From: Amoebophrya sp. A120
Taxonomy: Eukaryota; Protista; Dinoflagellata
Length of the DNA: 51,292 bases
Assembly (NCBI GenBank): GCA_905178155.1
Contig: CAJINV010000013.1
Span: forward strand, 1-51,292
Direction of reading: 5' to 3'
A model generated the notes under the pieces. That model saw only the letters and a list, made by a program, of their open reading frames with translations, made no database searches and had not been told where the DNA came from. Position numbers and translations under genes: made by a program. Shown here piece after piece: positions 36,001 through 44,794 of the stretch (positions are counted from its first letter, which is position 1; every line of letters begins with the position of its first letter).

Positions 36001-37927
36001 TGGCTCCAACTCCATCTACGTGAAACAGCTGGGAGTTTGCGTTATCATCATGCTACTTAGCGCATCAAATACACATTGCTTCATCACCAGCTGCATCGGT
36101 CAAATTTATCAGACGTCACTGTTACTGTACTGCTTTTCGGTCAAAATCAGATCGTGCGTCAATTTCCGTGATTTTGTAAATTTTCCCAATCGCTTTCTCT
36201 TTTCAAACAGCAAAAAGTAAAATGAGACAATTTGTACTACCGTCTCGTTACTCTCGGACCCGTGAGCTGGATTCACCGACCATGAATACGTGTACCGGAC
36301 GTCGGGTTCGAGGCCGGAAATGCGGACTTTCAATATTGTATGCATTGGAAAAAACTCACTACGCCCAGAAAAACGCAGAACAGTCTGTGCAAGATGAAGT
36401 ACTGCCAAACCAATGACAACCGCTTCCGCGGATGGTTGGGCCAGCATGACACTTTCTTGCGACTGGAGCACTCACTTGCTGTATCACACGTAAAATAAAT
36501 GTGCATTTTTCGTGAGCATGCCAGATTATTTGCAAGGGGTATAGCAACGCGATGTCCTTCACACCGTTGTCGCCAAAGCCAGACGCCTGCCGAACTTTCA
36601 GATTTTTATAGTCCCGGGCCCGCGATTATGAAAATGAAGAGTTTCTCTATCAACATCGCCGTTGTGTGACAAGCAGTCAAGCCTGTTCACTTCTTGTGGT
36701 CGCACAACTGGTTTGTACAGCAAATTTTAGAAGCAGTATCATGGCGCTTCACCTTTCATAACAAAAAGCTTACATCTCAGGCACAAACGATTGCCGCAGG
36801 GATGCAAAGAGAAACGGACGCTGTCATGCTCAGCATGCCTTTAGAAGTGATAAGTAGCAAGAGCTCTTCCTGGTTTCATAGCAGTGTGTAGTGCTGGCAA
36901 GCACCAGCGGTACTCGACTTCCAGGGAAAGGTCCTTGTCACCTTGTCAACCTTGTCAGATGCCCACTCATACCAGCTCGCTTCAGTTTCTCTTGGACCCG
37001 GGTGACCTGGGAAGCAGACGCGCAGGCGCACGCGGCCGGGACTCGGCCTTCCGTTGGGGCCGACGCTATTGAGAAGTGGCGAATCAGACGGGTAACCCTC
37101 CAGAGATTCGAACCATTCGTGGAACCCTTGTCGACTCAGGGGCCACACAGGGTCGTACATCAGAATACCAGTCAACGTCACGGACCCCTTTTTGCTATCT
37201 CTCTCAACGACCGCATTCGCTCCAAAAGACAGCGGGCCCTTGTTATCAAGAACCCGGTCCTCGGAACTAGTTGCAGCAGCAAAATCATGTGCATTCGTGG
37301 GTTTCTGTCCGTGTTGCTGCATCCACTGCTCCGGCCCCGCGGCGGCTGCGACAGGCCATGAGCCGGTAATTGCGCTTGGTGTTTCACCACGACTGCTGTA
37401 GTACTCCCGACCCCCGGGATTGAAAGGTGCAACGCCCGCGTCCCCCGCATTATAGTAGGGCGAAGTAGTTGTGTTGGAACGGATCACTTCATCTGCCTGT
37501 GCCACACGCCCGCCGGAAGAAGATGCTGGAACAGAACCTTCCACTACTGACGTGCGCCCCGCCCTCACAGATTCATGTCCACCGCTAGCTGACTCGGCAT
37601 ACCTCCTTTGACCACTACCCTTGTATCCAATGTCAAATCGACCTCGTTTCAACTTGTAATGCGCGCACGGTCGAATCTGAAACACTGGCTGTTCGATCGT
37701 GTTTGTGATGCCATAAGTAATCTGCATTTACAAATTGATGCTGAGGGTGATTTTACAAAGCATACGCGAACCCAGGTTTTGAAAGCGGAAACTCCAAGCA
37801 GCGGTGTGAATGCGCCGCTGCTGGGCGATCCAACGAGAGCGATCGCCCATCCCCACTGCAGGACACCCGATTTGAGAATGCGGTGGCCCGTTCCCACCTT
37901 TTTTGCCTTCCTGTTTTCAACCGACAT
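1..37927 (-). CDS. RNF213: Giant multi-exon RNF213 (mysterin)-like AAA+ ATPase / RZ-finger E3 ubiquitin ligase gene (~28 exons, 3' end runs off the window)
   Basis: Successive minus-strand ORFs carry RNF213 motifs in the expected order: AGGGKS; LHLDI..LLFKLVVL; DPDPAFVLT..GETGIGKT..VHGG..FFDEANT..ACNPYR; SLRDVER; GKPGSSKS; QCSPHST..VVVLDEVGLAE..SNWNLDPAKMNR..YDALNQYY..PLLNRMEK; LPGM then RZ finger. The ORFs join in frame across repeat-bounded introns. The start ATG at 37927 and continuity below 4417 are inferred. Confidence 0.85.
78..560 (-). CDS. Probable further exon, open to the window edge (REDLFQALFREVERRRDEAAEEDEDK..)
   Basis: Stop-free minus frame from ~567 to base 1; not in the ORF track because it has no stop inside the window. 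Confidence 0.5.
1850..2678 (-). CDS. Exon of the same gene, downstream of the Josephin-like His
   Basis: ORF 1786..2571 extended upstream to 2678 without a stop; joins EEWA|EGAADKL in frame. Confidence 0.65.
2679..3032. mobile_element. TIR-bounded intron (introner)
   Basis: Ends (C/T)ATCACAAAGAAAA form a 13-bp perfect inverted repeat; removal plus 5 nt restores the frame. Confidence 0.8.
3033..3853 (-). CDS. Josephin-like (MJD family) cysteine protease domain, split over exons 3782-3853 and 3033-3599
   Basis: Reconstructed KQSVASCGMNSL..GQNDVAAL..GFAWNGAKRHWNSLR compares with Josephin KQxxxxC..GNYDVNVI..F.xN..HWxxxR. An in-frame TAG at 3264-3266 must be spliced out or read through. Confidence 0.55.
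3854..4121. mobile_element. TIR-bounded intron (introner)
   Basis: TATCCTGAGTCAAAACGTCTCCACCCCAT versus TATGCTCAACAAAAACGTCTCTACCCCAT; flanks GATCA/GACCG. Confidence 0.8.
4417..7656 (-). CDS. Exon of the same gene: ~1080-aa C-terminal extension of unknown function
   Basis: ORF 4411..7830; its first ~58 aa fall within the 7657-8040 intron. Confidence 0.7.
8041..8670 (-). CDS. Exon of the same gene (C-terminal region)
   Basis: ORF 7983..8666, flanked by decayed TIR introns that preserve the frame. Confidence 0.65.
8927..12452 (-). CDS. RNF213-like E3-core exon with RZ finger (12009-12113)
   Basis: ORF 8904..12470: LWLPGMS (RNF213 FLPTMP) followed by HRAC..HVGACG..CTVCGGRIGGGH (RNF213 C..H..VGECG..CxxCxxxIGGxxH). 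Confidence 0.88.
12453..12868. mobile_element. TIR-bounded intron (introner)
   Basis: TATCGCAGAGAAAAGCAAAC versus TATCACATAGAAAAGCAAAC (18/20). Confidence 0.85.
12869..12993 (-). CDS. Small exon absent from the ORF track (EITFPPDDGVDADGLQEQVAQSGSTGGVATQRHLVVHKS)
   Basis: Open frame between two TIR-bounded introns; it keeps the frame on both sides. Confidence 0.7.
12994..13339. mobile_element. TIR-bounded intron (introner)
   Basis: TATCA..TAAAA..CCCCCGCC at both ends; flanks CAGGG/CAGTG. Confidence 0.75.
13340..14292 (-). CDS. RNF213-like E3-module exon
   Basis: ORF 13249..14304. Confidence 0.7.
14751..15380 (-). CDS. RNF213-like E3-module exon
   Basis: ORF 14568..15383, helical; in frame with neighbours after intron removal. 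Confidence 0.7.
15718..20876 (-). CDS. RNF213-like AAA4-AAA6 and hinge/E3-back exon
   Basis: ORF 15699..20987 contains QCSPHST, VVVLDEVGLAE, LKALHPLLE, SNWNLDPAKMNR, GLRDFY, RNFGG, FGSSFPED, YDALNQYY, YVNLGLG and PLLNRMEK. Confidence 0.95.
21335..21957 (-). CDS. RNF213-like AAA4 exon (NEALLENV..IPVFIVGKPGSSKS)
   Basis: ORF 21115..21855; Walker A identical to RNF213 GKPGSSKS. Confidence 0.92.
21958..22273. mobile_element. TIR-bounded intron (introner)
   Basis: TATCCACTGCAGATATGTCTG versus TATCAACTTCAAATATGTCTG (18/21). Confidence 0.85.
22274..23071 (-). CDS. RNF213-like exon (VSLRDVER sensor motif)
   Basis: ORF 22252..23019. Confidence 0.87.
23072..23341. mobile_element. TIR-bounded intron (introner)
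   Basis: TATCGAATGCAAATACGTCTG versus TATCCATTGCAAATATGTCTG (18/21). Confidence 0.85.
23342..24075 (-). CDS. RNF213-like AAA3 exon (IFEFGSLPEDAEADYARQII)
   Basis: ORF 23304..24071; matches RNF213 VWDFGQL..E..YI.QIV. Confidence 0.85.
24076..24430. mobile_element. TIR-bounded intron (introner)
   Basis: Perfect 18-bp inverted repeat GTAAAAACGTCCCCACCC (24084-24101 / 24405-24422). Removal plus 5 nt gives PPSLRDSIFEFG, colinear with RNF213 PPSLIPLVWDFG. Confidence 0.9.
24431..26199 (-). CDS. RNF213-like AAA3 exon (Walker A GETGIGKT, Walker B LLFFDE, ACNPYR, LVYRV..PPSL)
   Basis: ORF 24285..26099 with near-identical RNF213 motifs. Confidence 0.93.
26509..27145 (-). CDS. RNF213-like AAA2 exon (LHLDIG..LLFKLVVLRRWVD..LFVES)
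   Basis: ORF 26506..27087. Aligns by eye to RNF213 FHLDV..FLFKLLIL..YIVE. The 3' boundary is ambiguous. Confidence 0.85.
27146..27398. mobile_element. Decayed TIR-bounded intron
   Basis: CTATCAAA / CTATCGAA ends; the frame rule holds. Confidence 0.6.
27399..27554 (-). CDS. RNF213-like small AAA2 exon (LRINIPVYSPPSEDSLCARIL)
   Basis: ORF 27343..27528; in frame with both neighbours after TIR-intron removal. Confidence 0.75.
27555..27907. mobile_element. TIR-bounded intron (introner)
   Basis: TATCACA..GAA..AGCTAGCAG at both ends; the frame rule holds. Confidence 0.8.
27908..29257 (-). CDS. RNF213-like exon, start of AAA+ ring (CSPSTTAAELELFLRR; Walker A SEDAGGGKS)
   Basis: ORF 27887..29281. 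Matches the RNF213 AAA1/AAA2 motifs (human AGVGKS). Confidence 0.88.
29258..29925. mobile_element. TIR-bounded intron (introner) with perfect target-site duplication
   Basis: 15-bp perfect inverted repeat AAAAGCACACCCATA (29268-29282 / 29901-29915); GGACG at 29253-29257 and 29926-29930. Confidence 0.9.
29926..30757 (-). CDS. RNF213-like gene exon (stalk; DLRSLWEKVQLV..ARSKFPEFFNRFTTLQL)
   Basis: ORF 29892..30785. FNRFTTLQL resembles the RNF213 pre-AAA LNxY/FTxxQL motif. Confidence 0.8.
30758..30994. mobile_element. Decayed TIR-bounded intron
   Basis: TAT..AAAAGATGCCCCCTCC versus TAC..AAAAGAGCCTCACCTCC; the frame rule holds. Confidence 0.6.
30995..34948 (-). CDS. RNF213-like gene exon (helical N-arm/stalk)
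   Basis: Core of the 1434-aa ORF 30791..35095; both ORF ends run into TIR-bounded introns. Confidence 0.8.
34949..35200. mobile_element. TIR-bounded intron (introner) with perfect target-site duplication
   Basis: TATCAACTGTAAAAATGTCTGGGTCTGGA versus TATCAAAAGTAAAAATGTCTGTGTCTGGA (26/29); CCGAA at 34944-34948 and 35201-35205. Confidence 0.92.
35201..35860 (-). CDS. RNF213-like gene exon (N-arm, acidic tract)
   Basis: ORF 35143..35835. Joins the next exon in frame (EAFG|SNFLPES) across the 34949-35200 element. Confidence 0.75.
36886..37623 (-). CDS. RNF213-like gene, N-terminal exon (low complexity, then beta-rich segment)
   Basis: ORF 36876..37727. Same strand and amino-acid style as the downstream exons; no diagnostic motif. 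Confidence 0.5.
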
Positions 37928-40424
37928 GATCGCTGCTGCCACCACCGTTCTTCCGAAGATTACGCGCAGGAATAGACCGTGGAATGAACTGGAGCCGCGA
38001 TAGATATCTGCAAACAGAGATGAAAACCCGAAAATTCACCCCAATTCGATATCGCGTGTAGAGCAGAGACGACGTGTGGGTCCCCGATATTGAAAATACG
38101 AAATGCGTGGTATTAATGCATGGATATGGAAATCAATTTTCACCAGATGAATGGCTTCGGGCAAACGACAACTTTCCAAGCCGCGTTTTTCTGTCACAAA
38201 TGTGTGTGCGAGCCCGAATTTGGAATTGGCGAATCGCGCTTCAGGATGTAATTGTTGAGCTCTAAGGATACAAAGCTCACGAGCAAAGTAAAGAGATACA
38301 CGAAATAGTGTGAGAGGTCCTGGCACATACAAGAGCAAAAAGCGACTTTTCTGAAGTCTAAGTCACAAAGCTACTGTGTAAACGCTTACACTGGTAGCAA
38401 CAATGACGACTTCTAATGGGAGCACTTCTTGATGCCTAAGCTTCCTGGAGGTGAATACCTCGATCAAGAGTAGAAATCCAACTACTTAAACGCCAAATAA
38501 GTAAATCGGAAACTCTACAGCTCCCAGATACTGTAAGTATGTATGTACTCCGACCTAAGCCAGCGTCCTGCCTTTGAAAAAAAGATTGCGAGTTGTTAAG
38601 GTCGCATCTATGAAGACATTCGACATCTGCACGATGTGAGTCTCAAGTTATCAGGGTCAATAATAGCAAGCACGTCTTGCTGCAGGTACTTCTTAGCAGG
38701 AGAATTAGGATCCTTCGCACTAGCTAAGCTCAGTGCTATCGCAGCCGGAAAAAACAGACAGTGATATTTTCACTGATCTTTACGACTCGGAAAGGACGAG
38801 CTTAGCGACATGGCTTTTTCGGGAGGTGGAGACCCATTATCGATCTGCTGCTCCCTGTCACAAAATGCCTTCTAATACAACGACTTCGATGCCTGGCACA
38901 GGGTGCCAAGGCTTCGACGCTTTGCAGTTACTAGTTTGGACGCTGCTCCTGCGTCTGCTCACAAGATCACCGTCTGTGATGCGAGTGGCTACGTTAGATT
39001 GGAGATCTTGAAAAGAGCAGGGATAAGATTAAGACGAGCCCTTTGCTGACTTGTCTGTTGTACTATGCGAAAACTACTTCTTTGTACGGTCGCAGCAGCG
39101 GAACTATTACTTCATGATCAGTCTCAGGAGAATTCCTTTCTCGTGCCGCAAACGAACTCGGCCTCGCGGTACTCAAACTAAAAACTAGATCATCCAGTCG
39201 CCGAGGTAGTAGTGCTAGCCGTACGGGCAAAATAAATAGATCAATCTGCTTCAACTGTTCTCCTCTGATTTAGGTTATCGCCATGATGTCATCTTCACCA
39301 TGCATGATAGATATGATCTAATTCAACGCGTGACAGCAAAAGATCTACGTCTCGCTGTGATCTACGTCTCGCTGTGCTGGTAAAAGTTGAAATAAGATCG
39401 CTGCTTCTGTTCCTGTTCTAAGGCGATTTGTAGCCGACGCTTTGAGTGTTTCCGGCTGTGATATTAAGGTGAGACTTCTTCTAAACGATCAGAGCCACGG
39501 AGCTTTTTTCGTTTTAACGCGAACTAAAATGTGGGTGGCCGCATCATCGTGCTACGCCTGCACGATAAACGGACCTACAAAATGGGCGTGATATAATTTC
39601 CGCTGGGCTAGGAAGTTCCAGATCGTAAATTACCGACAGCAATCTGTCGATGGAAATAACAAAATAGATCAGGGCCTGCGCGGCGGGGAGATCGATCATG
39701 TAAAACATAGCATAACACGGACTACAAAGAGCTGCGCATGATCAAAGCCAAACTGTAACTCCTAGATCTATTCACCGGCCGCGGGCATGATCTCAGGTGT
39801 TCGATATTTTTCATTCTCGATGCCTCCTTTCCTCGAGAAATGACTGCCACCAGAGGAGGCGCTCCTGGTGTGAAGCCTGCCACATCTCGGGCACGCACCT
39901 AGCCGACGCGCCACGGAATCAAGGTGGGAAATCGAGCAAAGACGAAACCATTTCGACAGTTTGTTTCATTTCAGTTTTCTTCCCTCGCATCAGAATTATC
40001 CACGTGCAAAACTTGCGTTCAAATTATTTTTTTCGTAGCTTCGTCTTGGTTTCTATCCTGTTAAAGTAAAACCATCATACAAGAATTGCGATGTCATGAA
40101 AACTGCCATCGGCTCAACGGAAATCTATCTATCATCCACCAAGTCCTCCATGCTTTTTTGCCGTTGAGCGATTATCTTACTCATATTTCGATTGAAGTGC
40201 CGGTGCCTCGCTGCCCTTTACCAACGCAAAGTTGCAGGAAGCCGGTTGCTGCGTAGTTGTCAGCAATGAGAACGCTCGTCCAACCAGCTCCGGTCTGCTC
40301 ATTCGAGGTCCAATCGCACATCAACGGCCACGATTTTAGAATTATTCGAGAAACCGCTTCTGCAGGTTGTATTTTTCTCCCAGACTTAGATCTCGTAGTG
40401 GCAGTGGACGTGGGAAATGTGCTC

Positions 40425-43400
40425 TTAGGCGCTCGAAGAAAGACGCGCCTCTGCCGTACTCAGGAACGTCGCTTTCTCGGGCGTTTTGAATGATTCAGGA
40501 AGTCGCAATCGCAGAAACCGTTCCGGGGGACTGTACTGCTCGCTCGTCTGCCAGGTCACTTCCGGCGCGGCGCTCTTCCGGCTTCGCTCGTACATAGACC
40601 ATACGCCAACATGGCATGGTGGGCATCTTCTGCGTGCGAGCTCCGGACAATTCATTAAAGCGAAACCCACTAAATTTCCTATTTCTAACGGCTCGCCACA
40701 CAGGTTCAAGAACGCATCTTGGACTTCAAGCGAGGCCCGAACGGCTTTCGGAAACAGGTAGTACAAGTCTACACCAGCATCGGTTTCGCGCAGCGCTGCA
40801 AGTGCGTACTGCTCTGCGTCCTCTTGATCGGAGTAGAAGGGCGAATTCCCATCCTCCAGGTTCATGTTGAAAAAGAAATCGGCGCAAAACATCGGATTTT
40901 CGGATTTGATTCCCGCTAAAATGACGTCCCGGTCCAGGTTGCGCCTACTCCGAGTGACGGTTTCCACGTAGAACTCTCGCTGGACAAATGGATCGTTTCG
41001 CATCACCTGTGGGATTTCATCCAGACCCTTTGGCACTTTGCCGGGGTAAACCAAACCAACAGAATTGCGCAGTTTCGGCAAGGTCAGGTGCACAATCGAG
41101 GGAACATCAGCAACTAGCGGATGAATGTGCTCGTGGTTTGCTATACCAAGGCGGAGCGCAGCCTCTAGTAGTTCCAAGTCGTTGCACGGGTTGTCGATTG
41201 TATATGGCCAGTAAGTCTTCAGGAAACGCTTGTCTTCGTAGGGTGGCGTGGTCGGCTCAACATCCAACTGCGCCGAGTGCGAGAGAAGCATCTCTCTGAT
41301 CAGGTAGTTATGGACAAGAAGTAAGAAGACCCACATTGACATTCCCCATGGTTTATTTATATACACGTAATTTGTCACGCAGCTATCGCGGATAGCACGA
41401 TCCATGCCATTTCTGTATGTAACACATCGAATGTCGATAGAAGAATCCTGGCACCTGCGCTCTGTCCTGGGTTTTTTTCACACTCCAGCGCGAGCGCGAG
41501 GCGTGTTGACGCAAAGCGGGCTGCCGCATATGCTCTACCCATCAGAGAAGTGATAAGAAGACCAAGCCGAGATACTAGGAGTGTAATCAACACAAGAGAT
41601 GCAGAACATTGAAGAAATGTATTGTAACACGTGTCGGGAAGGTGAACGCTTCGCTTCCTTTCATACGCAGCATCGCTTTGCAGTGTCTCCGGTGCGTGGT
41701 GCAACAAACCGCCCGACTTCATCGCTATCTTGACGAAGTGTCTGTCGCTTCGGAAGGCCGGTGGGAGGAACTCGAGGATTTTTCCGTCTAGCTGCAGTAC
41801 TTTCTCTGCAATGCCAGGGTAGTCTGCCATCTCCGAAGAAAGAAATTTCAAGAGCGACGGGTACACCAGTAGTGCCCGCAAAGATAGATCCGGCCTTGCC
41901 TGTCCTTGCAGCAAGATGCCCTGCACACCTTCTTTGTCAGCATTCCAAAATACTTCGGCACATGTGTCCTCCATGAGTTGGACTATGAATTCAGGATCTT
42001 GGCGAAGGTTGGTTCCGGCAAAAAGGAGGGCGTCATGATTTTGTGCAACTGCGGCTTTTACAATTTCCTTGTTTTGGCGAAGCCGTGGACTCGCATGCTC
42101 GAGGGCTAGTCCATCAAGTTGTACGCAACGACGCACTACTTCTTCTGAGTCACGAACTCGATGCTGCAGAGGCGATTCATACTGCAACACCAAGGCTGAC
42201 AGCTCTTCCGGAACACTGTCGTACTCCTCTTCTTGAACGTCATCAAAGCGGGCTGCTAGACTTGGATTCGTGAAAGATTCCCACTCACCGAAGTTGAGTG
42301 GTTCTATGCTGTGGGGGTAGTAGTGGTCCTGTCGGTAGCATACTGCATTACAGACGTGCTCACCGTCACCGCAGAAGTCACTTATTTGAATGTAACGCTG
42401 CATCAAGCATGCTTGCCTGCGTATGGTTTCATCGCGCTCGTGATAGCAAATCCGCTTGCCCTTCGAAGAACAAGGCCAAGGCTTGGCCTTGTTTTTCAGC
42501 AGCGCCAGTGAGCAGGAAGAGCACTTGTTTTTGATGCGCGGAACGACATCGTCTACTGCATTTGTCTTGAGTGGTTCCGAGCAGCAGCTCTGAGGTTGAG
42601 TTCCGGCTAGCATAGGTGTACTTCTCGGCAGTTGGATGTGCCAATCCGTACGCAGCATCGGACTGGCTCCGTCCAAAAGCTTTTGCAGGAGGGCTTGATC
42701 GCATCGGAAGTCGTCATTGGTCACAAATCGAAGTGCGTATGGGTTTTCGCGGACGGCGTCGGCGACTATGGGTTTGTCGACAAGCTCAGGAACACAGTAC
42801 TTGAGTGCAAGACCGTTTGACCGGACTGCGGTCCGTAAGAGCTCCTTGGTCTGATTCTCAGTGTATGCAGTTGCCGCCGTGCGTCATTTTCTCTCGTGCA
42901 GGAGTCCCCTTGCGTGCCCAAAGCCAAAGCCGGTCGCAACGTCACTTCATTCCGTGCTTTCTTGCATTTTTCTGGAAAATACTCGTAATCGTATACATAC
43001 TGCAACAAATAAAAACTTTCTGCTTCGCCAAGCATATATTCCTCGCTTTGATGTCTGGCACACGCATGCTGGGCTCCAGCTGCGAGATGCATGGCTATGG
43101 CTTTTTCATAATGAGTTGAAAAACTTAAGAGCTGGAACTCCGTCTTTCTGGGCCGCGGCTATGGCAAGCTCGGTGGAGTTTCGATGTTTTTCGGGGACGT
43201 AACGCAGGACCCAAGGTTTGTGCGAGATGGCCGTCCGAATGAGGCCTTGATGCTCCTGCAGCTCGCTCCGGAGGTATTTGTACGCCCAACCATTTTGATT
43301 GATCGCTGATAGGGCAATAGCCAAGTACTGAAGTGAGGAACGGATTGGCACGCTTGCAAACCGAAGGGACCGCCAGTCCTTTCTGACAGCAACTTCAACT

Positions 43401-44794
43401 ACTTCTGCATCGTTGCGAAGAGCCGGCGATGCGTATCGAAGAGCAAGGCCATTAATGTCGCACGCGAGTAGTGCAAGGGGCTTGCTTTCGCGAAAGAGGG
43501 CTTCACTGTCTCCCATCTCGATCCGCTTGGCATTTGATGATGCGTACCAGAGGAGCGACGATTCCACTGTCAGTTTCACGAGCTCTTCACGAAACTCCCA
43601 ATCTAAGGAGCCGAAAATCAGATCTTCGCCAAAATGTGGATACATGTCTTGAATGCTGTCTCCGACCGAAAAACTCGCCCGTCTTCATACCATAATCCTA
43701 GAAATGGAATGCTTTGTAAATAAAAGTTACTTTTTTTTTTAGATAAAAGAACCTGGTCGACAAATCTACCAATTTGTGGTCGACAAATCGACCAATTTGT
43801 TATAGAATCTGGAATCTCTGAGATAAGATGTCGTCATACATCAACAGAAGTCTTGATGATGATGCAAACCTCAAGTCGCAAGATGAGAGATTTTAGCTTT
43901 GGATTTGAGAGGGGAGTTCCTCCTCGTGGATATTTTTTCAACCAGGCACATGCCGCCTAGCTGAAACGTACGGCAACGACATCCACCATCAAAAATATTA
44001 TTATCGGCGTCGTCCGGAAGATCGTAATCATCCCAGGTATCGTCTTCAGCTTCGCTATCAGCTACAACATCTTCTTCGTCAACAGGGTAGTTGAACTCGT
44101 CAATATGTTTCTTTCTCAAGAAACGCATGTCCCCCGCAGAGATGCGCTGCAGATGGGCGCGAGCGAATTCGAGCGCTTGCTGAGCACGACCATCGAAGAC
44201 GACCTGAATTTCGCAAGCTTTCTCCTCGTCAGCGGTCTCGCCGGTTGGAATCGGGAAGCGTCCGTCCCATACTATGCACCTTTCTTCATCTTCGTCCTTC
44301 AAAAATGTAGAAGTGCTGCTCGAACTCATGGCTTTCTTTACACTCTTGGTCTCACCCTCAGCTTCCTGACCATGCCCATGGGGCCCAACAGACGTAGTCG
44401 CCACTGTAATTGGCTCGGATGCTTCTTCATCACAGCGTCCCGAAAAGCTGGAGCGAACTTTTTCAACGATTTCTGTTGGCAAAACAACTCCTTGACCAGC
44501 CAATGAAATTTCTGCACCGCTTCGAACTGCAACCAGGTGGGTTTTCACTTCGCGGAGCAAAATCTGTTTTTCGTCTCTTGGCACTATAATAGTTCCCAAG
44601 GTGTTTCCGCCAAGATCGCTCACTTTCACTTGCTTGCAGGAAGCGGTTTCTAATACCTTTGCATCTGGCTCTGTTCCGTGGGGAAAAAACATGTTTCTTG
44701 TCCGCAGGTGAGCGTCCGCGCCGAGGAATGCGTGAACACCAGGAGCCATGCTGATGAGACTTTGATGATGATTAGTTCGAGCGGGGCTCGGCAC
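40425..44794 (-). CDS. Multi-exon DUF4116-repeat protein
   Basis: ORFs 43871..44794, 43106..43645, 41375..42724 (extendable to 42863) and 40425..41405. Repeats include NGLALRYASPALRNDAEVVEVAV, DGLALEHASPRLRQNKEIVKAAV and NGLALKY..DKPIVADAVRENPYALRF. Gene ends are uncertain. Confidence 0.75.
41309..41665. mobile_element. TIR-bounded intron in the DUF4116 gene
   Basis: TATGGACAAGAAGT versus TATGAAAGGAAGC; joins SDAA to (Y)LIREML in frame. Confidence 0.65.
42864..43110. mobile_element. TIR-bounded intron in the DUF4116 gene
   Basis: TATGCA..GCCGCCGTGCGTC versus TATGAA..GCCATAGCCATGCATC; joins ALKFFN to ENQTKELLRTAVRSNGLAL. Confidence 0.7.

Noticed and set aside
36236-37230. CBM20-like domain equivalent to the RNF213 N-arm
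   Set aside because: Only a beta-strand pattern and position suggest it; there is no motif-level support and the junctions are unresolved.
4411-37727. Reading the minus-strand ORFs as a prokaryotic operon of separate genes
   Set aside because: Single RNF213 motifs are split across ORFs (e.g. PPSL|RDSIFEFG), and the gaps are repeat-bounded introns.
38000-40150. Genes or RNA elements in the intergenic stretch
   Set aside because: Only short ORFs without motifs; no tRNA, rRNA or spliced-leader sequence recognised.
40215-40427. Stop readthrough after the DUF4116 ORF
   Set aside because: A different minus-strand frame is fully open here, so an unresolved intron or the true gene end is simpler.
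42766-43092. 108-aa ORF as a separate gene
   Set aside because: It lies mostly inside the 42864-43110 intron, and the DUF4116 repeats continue in another frame.
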